DNA from: a virus
Length of the DNA: 64,000 nt
Virus record (IMG/VR): IMGVR_UViG_3300034060_000588
Span: 18,962-82,961 of that record
Direction: 5' to 3' (one strand)
Positions within the stretch are counted from its first letter, which is position 1; every line of letters starts with the position of its first letter. The notes beneath the pieces were generated by a model, which saw only the letters and a list, made by a program, of their open reading frames with translations, had not been told where the DNA came from and ran no database searches. Position numbers and translations under genes: made by a program. Positions 20,223-31,700 of the stretch are shown piece by piece.

Positions 20223-20672
20223 TTACTTTTGAATAAATTGTGGATAAAAATAATTAAATTTTCTACCTGAAAAAATGTCAGTAAGTTCTGATAATATGTT
20301 TTTCAGTCTTGGGCGTAGGTCTACGGTGTATCTGACCTTTGGGGGGTATACTTTTGCATCAAACGACCTCTGACAAATTGTCACATTTTCTACCTTAATA
20401 TAAAGGTTAAAAATTTCTTGACCCTCTGTTATAGATGTGTTTAACACTTCTGGGTTCTCCATAATTTCATATTGGTTTTCCAACATATAAATTACGGATC
20501 TCATTTTTAAATCATATTGTAACCCATTACAAAATGATTTAATGTAATCATAAAATTCTTCTGATTTGTGTGCGCTTTTGTTAAATCCTTTAACGTTAAA
20601 GAATCGTTGTACAACAATGTTGTCATTACACGTTAATAAAAATTCTACTTTTGTTACGTCTTGCTCTCTCAT
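20223..20672 (-). CDS. Hypothetical protein in replication operon
   Basis: 149 aa ORF between exonuclease and helicase. Confidence 0.55.
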   Translation of the reverse strand: MREQDVTKVEFLLTCNDNIVVQRFFNVKGFNKSAHKSEEFYDYIKSFCNGLQYDLKMRSVIYMLENQYEIMENPEVLNTSITEGQEIFNLYIKVENVTICQRSFDAKVYPPKVRYTVDLRPRLKNILSELTDIFSGRKFNYFYPQFIQK

Positions 20673-20682
20673 TTTTACTTTT

Positions 20683-21699
20683 TTACTTTTTTTGTTTGTT
20701 TCTAAAATTTGTTTTCTCTTTTCTTGATAGTTTTAAAAATGGCTTTAAAAAATTCACCCAGGCATCGTCCCCCTTTGGGAGAAATTTAAAGAATCCGTCG
20801 TCCATCATCATTCTTATTAGATTTCTATGTCCTCTTCCGTTTGGATCCAACGACTCTGAATAATATAATCTAACTAAATCTTTTCCTTCATCTGAAATTA
20901 ATGGGTTTGCAAGATCCACTAATTTTTCGTTGATTGTGAAGAACTCCTCTCCAAATATTCCCTCTTTGGTTTTCCCGCTTAGGAGATTTTGTAAGGCCAC
21001 ATTTCCTTTTTGTTCCGAAAGTAAACTCTCTGCCTTTGTTAAAATATCGGTATATTTTAATTCAGTATCAAGTATTTCAGGAAATAATTTAAGAAATGTT
21101 TTTTCACCCAAATAAAAAATACCATCAATATTATCTGAACTATCACCAGTTAATATTTTGTAAGTTTTGATATTGTAATGTGGTATCTCTGATGTGTCCA
21201 TTTTAATACCATCACCATTTTTATAATATCGTTTTTGTTGGGGTGAATATATAGTTACCATTTCAGAAATTAATTGTGTTAAATCTCTATCGGATGAAAA
21301 TATTGTTTTATCCTCATCTTCAGAAATTTGACAATAATAAGCGATTAAATCGTCAGCCTCCGATTTTTCAACTTCTAATTGTCTAACAAACATTTCTTCT
21401 AGGTATTGTTTTACTCTATTTTTTTGAGTAGTAAAAGATTGTTCTCTAAAATCTTCTTCGTCTTTTTGTTTTCGGTTAAGTTTGTATTTGGGATAGATAA
21501 GTCTTCTTTGTGAGGAACTAGTTTCACTATCCCAAAATACCACAACTTTATTGTAATTACTTTCCTCTAAAAATCGTCTTAAAGTGTTTAAAAAGTGCCA
21601 AGTACCACCGACGTGTTCTCCTTTATTAAAAAAGTCTTTAACGCCGTGAAAACCAATTTTTAATAGATTATTTCCGTCAACTAATAAAGATTTAGTCAT
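20683..21699 (-). CDS. 5'-3' exonuclease / flap endonuclease (PolI N-terminal, T4 RNase H-like)
   Basis: LLVDGNNL, YKLNR, EADDLIA, SSDRDLTQL and GDSSDNIDGI motifs. Confidence 0.92.
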   Translation of the reverse strand: MTKSLLVDGNNLLKIGFHGVKDFFNKGEHVGGTWHFLNTLRRFLEESNYNKVVVFWDSETSSSQRRLIYPKYKLNRKQKDEEDFREQSFTTQKNRVKQYLEEMFVRQLEVEKSEADDLIAYYCQISEDEDKTIFSSDRDLTQLISEMVTIYSPQQKRYYKNGDGIKMDTSEIPHYNIKTYKILTGDSSDNIDGIFYLGEKTFLKLFPEILDTELKYTDILTKAESLLSEQKGNVALQNLLSGKTKEGIFGEEFFTINEKLVDLANPLISDEGKDLVRLYYSESLDPNGRGHRNLIRMMMDDGFFKFLPKGDDAWVNFLKPFLKLSRKEKTNFRNKQKK

Positions 21700-22714
21700 T
21701 AGAAATTTCGTTTATTGGGTTTGACAATACTGGTTCTTTTTCCTGGATATAGTTAGAGAAAAACTCTGTAAATATGGCTTCCATTACTGGTACACAAATT
21801 GAGTTTCCGGCTAAAGATACGTGACCTTTTGTTGATAACGATGTTGCTAATAATAAATCAATATCTTCATCACGAACACCCATAAATCTATAACCCTCTC
21901 TTGCGGTAATTGTTCTTACTCTACCGTCTCTTGTCATAATCTGTGGGGATCCACTGGTTGTTAGACAAGGTGAACATCCTTCAATAGAATAGATCCTTCT
22001 TGCTTGGTCGTAACTAATATCGTCTCGTCTAGCAATTAACCTACAAATTGTGTGATGTTTTGGTTGATGTAAAGTGTATGGACAATCAATAAATAACGAT
22101 TGATCTTCGGTATCCTCAATAAATGTGTCCATAGGTATCCTAGTTTTTTTGTGACTGTCAACATTCATCATTTTTTGTTTTACATCATCTTTGTCACCAT
22201 TTAAAACAGAAATCATAAAAACTCTTTCTCTATTTTGGGGACAACCGAAATCAGCACCATTTAAAATTTTCCAATATGACGTATAACCTAATCCACGAAG
22301 AAAATAAATGTGTTTTTTAAAATTTTCATAATGATTTTTAGACACAAGATTTTTAACGTTTTCCATCAACAAATATTGTGGTCTATTAACGGATAATAAT
22401 CTTTCAACATCAAATAGTAACCCACTTCTTGTACCTTCTTTAATTCCTCGTTGAACACCTGAAATTGAGATGTCCTGACAAGGGAATGAATATGTTAATA
22501 AGTCACAATCTGGAAAGTTATTTTCATCAACTTTTGTTATGTCTCCTAAATTTCCACTTGTTGTTGTATGTAAAGCATCGTAACATTCGTTTGCTTGTTT
22601 GAAGTTGTCACAGTTTGCAACATTTTCATAATTAACACCAATGTATTTAAGTGCCAACTCTTGTGTTCCGTAACCGGAAAATAATGATACTACTTTTAAT
22701 TTATTATTATTCAT
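21692..22714 (-). CDS. DNA (cytosine-5)-methyltransferase, orphan
   Basis: Motif I LFSGYG, IV SFPCQD, VI MENV, VIII QNRERVF, X AGNSI. Confidence 0.92.
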   Translation of the reverse strand: MNNNKLKVVSLFSGYGTQELALKYIGVNYENVANCDNFKQANECYDALHTTTSGNLGDITKVDENNFPDCDLLTYSFPCQDISISGVQRGIKEGTRSGLLFDVERLLSVNRPQYLLMENVKNLVSKNHYENFKKHIYFLRGLGYTSYWKILNGADFGCPQNRERVFMISVLNGDKDDVKQKMMNVDSHKKTRIPMDTFIEDTEDQSLFIDCPYTLHQPKHHTICRLIARRDDISYDQARRIYSIEGCSPCLTTSGSPQIMTRDGRVRTITAREGYRFMGVRDEDIDLLLATSLSTKGHVSLAGNSICVPVMEAIFTEFFSNYIQEKEPVLSNPINEISND

Positions 22715-23711
22715 ATACCTTTTCTTCTTTTAAATCAAATTCACCATCTACACCAATAATATTTTTCCAATATTCGGCATGTTCACTTTTGTAGGTCTCA
22801 ATAGACTTCTTTTCTTCTGTCGCATCTTTTCCAGGTAAAAAACCGTGGGGTGTTACAATAATTTTACCATCTTCAAAACCAAGGCCATTTATATGGTTTT
22901 TCATAACCGATACTTTTGTTCTTGACGCAAATTTAACAGTTCTTTTATCTTTTGTTGCCGTAATTTTTGTTGTTCCAGCACCTTTTTGGTTTCCGTATAA
23001 AAATACCAAAGATGAGTTTAACCAAATTGCTTCACCACCTTTTGCTTTGATTTTTGGTTGACCAAATGGATTGTCTGGTAATTCAACCCAAGGTTGGTTA
23101 ACGATAATTAACGTATTTTCGTATTTTGTATCTGCTTTTCTTGATCCAGAAATACGTTGGTTAATTCCCATACCGATCTTATCCGCTAAAACACTTGCGT
23201 TGTGTTGTTTACCACCTTTACCTTCGTAAGTCATTTTACAAGGAACTGAACCAACTGAATCCCACATAATACATAAAGAATAATCAAGTTCACCTTTTTC
23301 TTGTGCGTCTAATAACTCATTAATATATTCGGTAATTTGTTCAATATAACTAAAATTATTATTAAACAAGAAGAAACCATCCCAAGTTAACTCGCCGGTT
23401 TCTTCATCTACAACCTCTTCACATTCAAAACCCATAAGTCTTGAGTGTTCAAAAGACCATTTTTGTTCTGTAATGATAAAAACAGGTAGTATCTCTTTTT
23501 TCTGTGCGTCAACGGCTGTTTTTACAAGTGCTGTTGTTTTACCAGTATCAGAGTGTCCTAAAAACATATTAATATGTCCCATCGCTGGACCTGGTAAGCC
23601 TACCGCATCTAAAAATGCTGGTCCTAAATCAAAATATCTTTGTGGTTTGTATTTTGCGTCCGATGAGAATTTTTTCTTTATCGAACTAAAGTCTGTTTTT
23701 TTAATTGCCAT
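22707..23711 (-). CDS. recA: RecA/UvsX-like recombinase
   Basis: Walker A GHSDTGKTT, WDSVG, IVNQ and KAKGGEAI motifs. Confidence 0.85.
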   Translation of the reverse strand: MAIKKTDFSSIKKKFSSDAKYKPQRYFDLGPAFLDAVGLPGPAMGHINMFLGHSDTGKTTALVKTAVDAQKKEILPVFIITEQKWSFEHSRLMGFECEEVVDEETGELTWDGFFLFNNNFSYIEQITEYINELLDAQEKGELDYSLCIMWDSVGSVPCKMTYEGKGGKQHNASVLADKIGMGINQRISGSRKADTKYENTLIIVNQPWVELPDNPFGQPKIKAKGGEAIWLNSSLVFLYGNQKGAGTTKITATKDKRTVKFASRTKVSVMKNHINGLGFEDGKIIVTPHGFLPGKDATEEKKSIETYKSEHAEYWKNIIGVDGEFDLKEEKVYE

Positions 23712-23725
23712 AAGTTTTTTTTAAA

Positions 23726-23768
23726 AAGATAAGTAAAAATGGGTACATTGTCTACTAATATACCCATT
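23726..23768 (-). promoter_or_regulatory. Terminator hairpin overlapping a sigma70-like promoter for recA
   Basis: Stem aatgggta/tacccatt (23738-45 / 23761-68). TAGACA-N17-TATCTT on the - strand (23754 to 23726). Confidence 0.5.
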
Positions 23769-23781
23769 AATTTAAATAAAA

Positions 23782-24648
23782 TTAGAATGGTAACTCTTCG
23801 TCAATTTCGTCATTTACTTGTGGATCCACAGTTTTTGGTTCTGGTTTAGAATTTCCACCACCCATAGTAATTTCAGCTTCTGTTGTATTACTATAAGCAT
23901 ATTTTCCAGCGTCTGAATCCCATCTTGGTGTTTCACCTCTAGCAATCGCTTCAAGATATTCGGCAGGTTTTTTAGAATAAACACCATCCCAAGTAAGTTC
24001 GTCTTCAACCCAACTTTTCATTGTGTCGTCGTCTTCGTGAACTGGTGTTGGGTCATCATACATAACCGTTTGGATTACCGTATAGAACGCACCTTTAGGT
24101 GTTTTTGCTTTTGTTAGTTCAAGAATTAAATCTCTACCTTTGTCAGCATCTGCAACATCACCTTTTGCTTTGTAGATTGGGATAATTTTATCAAAAATTC
24201 CTTCCTGTTTGTAATTGTGTTTGAATCTCCAAAATTTAGGTCCGTCTTGTTCGTTGTCACGGTCAATAACTTTAACAATATAAAACTTACGAGGTTTGTA
24301 TTGTTTTGCCAATTCTTTGTCGGATTCTTTACCAGTTGACATTAATTCCTCATAAACCTCACTTAACGGTGAACGCTCATTGTCATTTTTTCCTGGATCG
24401 TAGAATTTTTGCCATTTACCATCAACATTGATTTCGTGAAACCAAACCTCCTTAAAGGGTGAGGATCCGTCGGGTGTTGGTAGGATACGAATCTTTTTTT
24501 GTGCTTGCTTTTCGTTGTCTTTAAGTATTGCAGCAAAATACTTTTTCATTCTCTCTTCTTGTGACATTTTTGAAGTGGAAGAAGAACCACTTTGTTTTGC
24601 ATTCTCGTACTGAGCCAAAACCGCATCTAGAACATTGCTTGTCGCCAT
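23782..24648 (-). CDS. Single-stranded DNA-binding protein (T4 gp32-like)
   Basis: KIRILP...PFKEVWFH...FYIVKVIDRD...GRDL pattern, acidic tail ending DEELPF, adjacent to recA. Confidence 0.8.
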   Translation of the reverse strand: MATSNVLDAVLAQYENAKQSGSSSTSKMSQEERMKKYFAAILKDNEKQAQKKIRILPTPDGSSPFKEVWFHEINVDGKWQKFYDPGKNDNERSPLSEVYEELMSTGKESDKELAKQYKPRKFYIVKVIDRDNEQDGPKFWRFKHNYKQEGIFDKIIPIYKAKGDVADADKGRDLILELTKAKTPKGAFYTVIQTVMYDDPTPVHEDDDTMKSWVEDELTWDGVYSKKPAEYLEAIARGETPRWDSDAGKYAYSNTTEAEITMGGGNSKPEPKTVDPQVNDEIDEELPF

Positions 24649-24679
24649 ATATATATTTGTTTAAAAGTTTACAATAGAA

Positions 24680-24708
24680 AATATAAGTTAAATAAAAATA
24701 GTAGTCAA
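24680..24708 (-). promoter_or_regulatory. sigma70-like promoter for the SSB/recA operon
   Basis: TTGACT-N17-TATATT about 30 nt upstream of the SSB ATG. Confidence 0.65.
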
Positions 24709-24718
24709 TATGCTTAAT

Positions 24719-24755
24719 AAAAAAAAGTTTAAGGTCGTAATTTGCGACCTTAAAC
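24719..24755 (-). terminator. Intrinsic terminator
   Basis: 11-bp stem gtttaaggtcg/cgaccttaaac with an 8-nt U-tract on the - strand, directly after 24757..25449. Confidence 0.8.
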
Positions 24756-24756
24756 A

Positions 24757-25449
24757 TTACATTGTATCGTTTTCGTCATTAAAGTCATTAAAGGTATCTC
24801 TAACTGCTTTAGGTGACATTTCTTCAACTTGGTCTGTGGTTAAAACGTACTCATTCTTTCCGCTTTGTTCCATTTCACCTTGTTTGTCTTCAAAAAAATC
24901 TGATAGTTTCTGGTTGAATGGCCCAGAATCAAGACTTCTCAATTCCAATTTTTCAACCGGTGTTTTTGGTCTAAATTTATCAAATTTAGCTTCTAGGTCA
25001 TTAATTTTGTTAACAAGATTATCCATTTCTCCTAATTTACTTTCCAAGTTTTGTAGTTGGCCAAATAAATTATTAAAATATTCTTCTTGTTTATCCGACA
25101 TAGATTTTTGTGTATCAACAAGATCGGTAATATCAAGTTCTTCAACATCACCACTATCGTCCATACTTTCTTCATCACCTTTAACTTCTTCAACATCTGG
25201 ATCATTAGCAATATCAACAGTTGTTCCTGTTGTTGCGCCAGTAGCCCCTAAATCACCTCCCGGAGGTGGTGGTGGTGTTCCTAAATCAGTAGGTTCTGCC
25301 GTTGGTGGTGGTGGAATCTCTCCAGGTATTTCTTCTCCTTCAATTGGCGCTCCCAAATCAATTGGTTCTTCAGCCGCTTGTTCAACAATATAGTTGTTGA
25401 TACTATTAAATCTTCTAATTTCTTCAAGTATTTTTTTGTCTACTTTCAT
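24757..25449 (-). CDS. Acidic, Pro-rich, coiled-coil hypothetical protein
   Basis: 230 aa. Low-complexity P/E/D middle, heptad-like C-terminal half. Confidence 0.6.
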   Translation of the reverse strand: MKVDKKILEEIRRFNSINNYIVEQAAEEPIDLGAPIEGEEIPGEIPPPPTAEPTDLGTPPPPPGGDLGATGATTGTTVDIANDPDVEEVKGDEESMDDSGDVEELDITDLVDTQKSMSDKQEEYFNNLFGQLQNLESKLGEMDNLVNKINDLEAKFDKFRPKTPVEKLELRSLDSGPFNQKLSDFFEDKQGEMEQSGKNEYVLTTDQVEEMSPKAVRDTFNDFNDENDTM

Positions 25450-25450
25450 T

Positions 25451-25678
25451 TTAACCGTTTAATAATGTTTTTATTCCAGATTTGGTTTCAACGTGGATTT
25501 TTTTAAATTGTCTCATTGTGTTGTCAACTCTTTCAATAAGACCATCCTTCATTCTAAGTGTATAACAATCTCCAGTATCTAAATCACAAACTTGTTTTGT
25601 GCCGTCACCCATATCTTTTTCCGACATTCTTGTATTTTTACCAAGATAATTGTCTAATATTAATTTAGTGTTGTTCAT
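25451..25678 (-). CDS. Small hypothetical protein
   Basis: 75 aa with VCDLDTGDCY; TATTTAT motif 14 nt upstream. Confidence 0.55.
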   Translation of the reverse strand: MNNTKLILDNYLGKNTRMSEKDMGDGTKQVCDLDTGDCYTLRMKDGLIERVDNTMRQFKKIHVETKSGIKTLLNG

Positions 25679-25716
25679 ACAATTTTTTATTTATAAATAT
25701 CTAGTAATTTCAAATA

Positions 25717-28700
25717 TTATAAAGATTCTAATAAATTATAAGATTTGGTTATTTTTTCTTTGATTTTTTCTTTATCAGACTCAATCATTTCATCGTACAC
25801 TTTTGTTGATTTGTTTTTTGGGAAATCAATTATATATGTTTTAGTGACAGCATTTATTATTGTCGTTTTTATTTGAGCATCTGTTGTTGCTGTTTTATCT
25901 AAATAAGATTCAATAGATCCCAATTTTCCGGTATATTTATTTATCATAAAATCAAGGAATTTTTCCAAGTTAGAAAATTTTGCCATTGGTACTTTTAAGT
26001 TTGTCCCTTGATCAACACAAAAATATTCTGAATCAAAATATGTTGCTGATCCACCCCAATCTATATTAAGTGGTATTGCCGCATAATTGTTTTCAACACT
26101 TTTAAAGTTTTGAGAATTAAAACTTCCAATGTATATTGTACTAAAAATAAAAGCTCTTAAAAGTCCTGATCTTTCACTATCCAAACCTTGACTCTTAATT
26201 TTTTGGGTTAATAAATCATATAAATTTTTAAACGTTGTTGTCATTTCTGTTGGTGTGATATTTACATAATCTTGGTATGATCTAATTAAATTGGCTGAAC
26301 AACTCTGTGTTGATACGGTACCAATACCGGATGTTGCATAACTTACAGAACTATTTACTTCTGTTTTAACATTTTCTGGTGTTTCACTTAATCGGTTATC
26401 CTCTTCTTGAATTTTTTGTCTTAATGATGTTAAAATTTTAGTACTTAATGACTGTAAATATTTATCAAGAGCTGGAATACTATAAAAGGGTTGTCTCTGG
26501 CCTTCAAATGTTGTATCAAAACCAGAATCATTAATTTTATGGGTTACTTTTGTAATCATATATGGACCGCTAAACATTGGTACGTATCTCAAGTTAAAAT
26601 ACATCATTGGTTGTATCATAGCGTTACCTAACATATCAACACTACATTTATAACTTCTATTTCTATATACGTTATATAAGGAAGCACTTTGTGATGCGCC
26701 AGCTCTATTTCTATTTAAGTTAGCCATTTGGTTTAACATTTCTAAAGATTCTGTTGTTGGGTCTCCGGGTTCTTGTGAAACATCAAATCTTTTAAATATC
26801 TGTTGATTTTGTGGTCCCATATCAACGTTAAAACCAACAACTTTGTTTGATCTATCCCAATCTTGTTTTCCGTCTTGATCTTCAACTAACGGACAATCGC
26901 TGGCTCTTCGTAAATCAAAAGCGTCGTCTCTAAATCTATAATCAACGTTTTCATTAAGTGCTAAATGTTCACTAGGTTTACTGGCGTATAAACACAAAAA
27001 TTTTGAACTAGTTTCTCTATAGTCTAATGTTGCAAATGTCCCAAACAATGTATTTGCAAACTCTAACGACCCTTCTGGTGCTGGGGTTGGGTTTTTACTA
27101 GCATCTTGTACGTTATAAAAATTGGCGTAAGCTGGTAATGTAAAAAATGTAAAATTATTTTCAGTTATTATTGTTGAAACGATGTCTATCATTTTATTTT
27201 TATACGAACCATAATCAATTGTGTCTTTTGCTTTAAACACATCAACATAAATTTTTTGTCCAACGTCCCTACTTGCTCTATCAAATAATAATACGTCTTC
27301 AAATAGAGTTTTTGTTTTATAGTCACCTCCGGCAATCCAGGTATCGTTTAGTCCCTTGAACATATCATATAGTTCATACCTTGTTTGTTCCCCATCTAAA
27401 TCCGCTTTTACCTTTTTTGATTCTTTTTTTATTGTTACAGATTTTAAATTTTTTCTAACAGTTGTCAACTCTAAACCCAATACTGTGTTAATATATGTTT
27501 CACTTTTAGTGATATAATTAGACATAAGAGTAAAAAACTTTGTCCTATTCAGTGATGGGTCTTGTAATTTTTGTGTAGCATATATCTTTATTATTGGTGC
27601 AAAATTTATCACGTTTTGTTCTGAAAATTCCACATTTATATCAATAAAAAAATCTGTTATATATGAACCCGAATCAGAATACCTTAACAAAGTTATTTCA
27701 GAAAAACCAACATAGGTTTCTAATGTCTTCCAGGTATTTGGGTATTGTAATTTTGAGTTTGCTAATGTTATTGTGTTTGATGACGATGGTAAAGCGTTTG
27801 GTGAATTTGTTTTATAGTAGTTATATGAATATGGATCTTGTATAAAATCGTTTGAGAATGTATAAAAGAGTCTTTTGTTAAAATTAGACGGGTTTCCGTA
27901 TTTTAACACAACTTGATATTCCATAAAGTTTTTAAAGTTGCTTTGAAAATTTGTTATCTGATTTTCTTGAACTTCCTGAATTATCTCACTAGCAGTTGTT
28001 TTTGTTGGTTTTGGTATTTTCATCAACAACCTCATAAGTGCTTGAAAGTTTTTAAAGTCTTTTTGTGATTGTAGTTCTTCGTTTTTTGGTGATAATGTTG
28101 TTTCGTAGTCATAAACCGATTTAGAAAATAATAAAAATTCTTTCTCTAATGTATCTAAAACATCTTTATCAAATGCACTAAACATATCGTCTATCTTTGA
28201 ATAATTTGATGACTTCCCGTTTATTGAAAAGTTTTCTTGTGTTGGTAATTCGGATAAGACGTTTTTTAAATATGCATCCGGTGATGGTATGCTAACCTTT
28301 TGGTCATCAAAATAACCGTAGTTAGGTGCTTTCCAAAAACTACGTATACTACCGTTAAATAATGCTGGATTGTTTTTTAATTCTGTTTTTAAATTTCCAA
28401 TATTGTTAAAACATTCCTGACCAACTTGGTTTGTTGGTGCGCCAAAAGACGGTAGTGGAAATATAAACTCTTCGTCTTGGACTGGTGCATAACAACTCCA
28501 AGATTTCAACATTAAAGATCTATTACTACTCAAAGGGTCAAATCCGTTTAATTTTGTTAAAACGGTATTGTTGTCAAAATTTAAATATAATGATCCGTCA
28601 TTTATTGCAGCTTGTATGTCTCCACTTGAGTAGTCTATATTTTCTACATTTGCCAATTTAAAATCTGTCAATGATAAACCAGTTGGGTATGTTTCAGAGA

Positions 28701-31700
28701 TTAAATACTTTCCAGCACCCCCCGTTGTTCCAGAAATTTGAGAAAGAATTGTTGTGCCTAAAATAATGTTAGGTCCGGATAATATACTCCCAGTAATTAA
28801 ATCTGGTGATGTAATACTCACAATTTCTAAAATATTTGTTGTTGCCGAAACTTTACAAGTACCGGAAACTTCATATGTCGAATCAAAAACTCTTGTCCCT
28901 TGATAAAAAACGTTAAAATCGTCTAATGTTTTTGGGTAAAACCCCGTGTTCATAACCGTTTTACTAAGTGGACCAACAGTTAAATCTTCTTGTAGTACAA
29001 ATTTGTAAGGTGATCCGTCAATAATTAGATCATAATTTTTAGTTACAGCACTTGTGATTGGGTCGTAATTTCCTTCGTAGTTAAAATCTCCCCAAATGTC
29101 TTGTAAAAAATCAACACCGGTTTCTATCCAGGTTTTATACCTATGCCAAACACCACCATATTTTAAGATCCAAGAATATGGTAATTTATGTATTGCCCCA
29201 TATTTTTTTAATGTTGCTAACACATAGTCTAATTCTTTTATAACACCGTTATCGTAAGTTTTATATCTCTCAACTGTAGTTGTTAATGGTAAACTACTTA
29301 AAAAAAGATAAGCAGCTTCTTTATATGGATATTGGTTAAAAGAATTGTACCTAAATTCATAAACACCTTTTTGTATTGCATTAACAAAATAAGGTGTGTT
29401 TAATATTGATGTTGTTTGTGCGGCAGTAAGGTTATTTGTGTAATTAATATAATTTAAATTACCTTCAGTTATATATTGTTTATTAAAACTTCTACTTTCA
29501 TAGAATGTTTTTAAATTCGTCAAATTTAATGTCTGGGAGAAGGTTGTCGGTTCATAATTAAAATTTGATATTGGTAATTTTAATACTGCCGATCCTTGTT
29601 CAAAGTTTGTAACAGATTTATAAACTTCATTATAATTTAAAACATTTGCCGTTATAAATGTGTCAATAGGAAAATTAATAACACTTCCGCCGGCCATATA
29701 ATTTTGTATCCAACCTATATTGGTTAATGGGTATATGTCCGGAAAATCAAAATTTTCAACAACAACATTTTTACTAAAGTATTTTGTGATTAGATCGCTA
29801 TTATCAACAGACAAACTTGGTTTACTTTCGTTGTTGTCTAAAATCTCAACATTAAAAATCTCAAATGTTTTTTTAGTGTCATTTTTTATATATGGTGTAT
29901 TAAACTCACCTCTTATATAGTTTTGCCAAGATGGTCCTTGTCCCTGATTTGAGATGTCTCTTAAAAAAGATAGAAAATCAGATAAATCATATTCTTTTAA
30001 CTTATTAGATAAATAAGGGTTGTCATCACCTAGAGCTTCCACAATATTTAATCTTTCCATTTCGGCAACATAGAAAGGTATGTTATATTGATAAACACCA
30101 TCTCTATTCATTCTTTCATAAAATGAATTAATAAGTAACCTTTCATACATTTCGTAGAAAAACTTAACTTCTTCAGTGTTGGCAAAAACGTCATTCCCAA
30201 TAGGAAACTCTATAGAGTTAAGACTTAATCTTTTTGGGTTTACCAATGAGTTTGAAATTGTTTCGGGTTCAGGTATTTGTGTTTCTCTTGTTGAGTATCC
30301 ACTTATAAATTCCTCAATGAACTCAACCTCTGGCCAAATTTCTGGGTTAAACGCATTCAAGGACGTTGCAACAGCATCATCCCCAGGATAAACTAGTTCA
30401 TATTTCTCACCATCTTTTTTGGTATCGTTTTTATTTATAATTTGCGGCCAAGGGTATACCGGTGTTTGTGATTCCGGTAAATCTTTTACATCAACACTTG
30501 ACGCAGTACTGTTGTTAAAAATTGCTCCCTTCCTAAACCTATCTTCTCTTACATTCCAAGCTTTAGTGTGTACATCGTCCATAAGTCTCAATAGTGCTTC
30601 GCCTTGGGCGAAAAAGACGGCCAAAACATTTCTAATTGTTGGTTCAAACCCTATACCACCATCGGCAACACTACCCGAAATTCTATTAGACAAATCTTTT
30701 GTTAGTTCGTCTTCTATTGTTTTTTTCTGTTTTAAAAAATCTTCTTTAATTTTGTTAATTTTCTCAATAAATGAGTCTTTACCTTCATAAAAATATAAAT
30801 CTTTACCATTAATTTCTTTCCCTATTTGTACTTCAAATCCACTAGTTATTTGTTGATTACCTATTGGGTATTCATTACCTGTTCTCTGAAAATAAGTTTT
30901 TTTTAAATCTAAATCAGACGTTGATTTTACACTACTAATAAAAATACAAAAACTTGTTGAGTTACATACAATATCAATTGGTACACTATTTTTAGTGTTT
31001 TTACCTAATGTTTTGTTATTTTCAAGAAGTTTGTTGTATTTTAAAACAAGCGCTTTAAGTCTTACGTCCGCATCAAAAATATTTATTAGTTCTTTTTTAT
31101 ATAAGTAATTTAATCGACCTAAAGTGTCTGTATAAGGGTTTTTTTCGTCTAAAAAAGTTTTAACCCAAGAGTCTGTATATGTCACAACTTCAGATCTATA
31201 CAACTCCAAGTTTTTTTCAAAATCATCAATATCGTTTAGAATATTCATATTTGTTTTCTTAAAACTTTCATAAATTGTTTTTAAGAAAATATTTAACCTT
31301 CTTTGTAATTGTTGAATTGTTAGCTCTGGGAAATTTTCATCAATTAACCCTTTAGACTTATATTCAGAATAAAGTTCTTTCATTTTTTGGTAACCACCGC
31401 TAGAAAATGACCTATCTAATGTTACGGAAGAAGTTTGGTTTGTTTGAGTCTCGTTCTTTGTTTCAATAACTGACCTATACATAAATGGAACAGCTAGCAT
31501 CCCACCCCACGGAATGTAGGATAATATAGAATATTTGTATGAATAAAATTTTAACTGTACTCTGAAATTACCACTGCTTGAATCATAACTACTTGTAAAC
31601 GTGTATAACATTAACGGTATTCTCACCGCTTTACCTAAATAACCTTTAATTGTTAGATAAAAAATTGGGTATGGTAGTTGGAAAAAGGCCGCGTAAGGTG

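Noticed and set aside
24710-25393. 227-aa + strand ORF
   Set aside because: Antisense shadow of 24757..25449; Ser-rich, with no recognisable motif or promoter.
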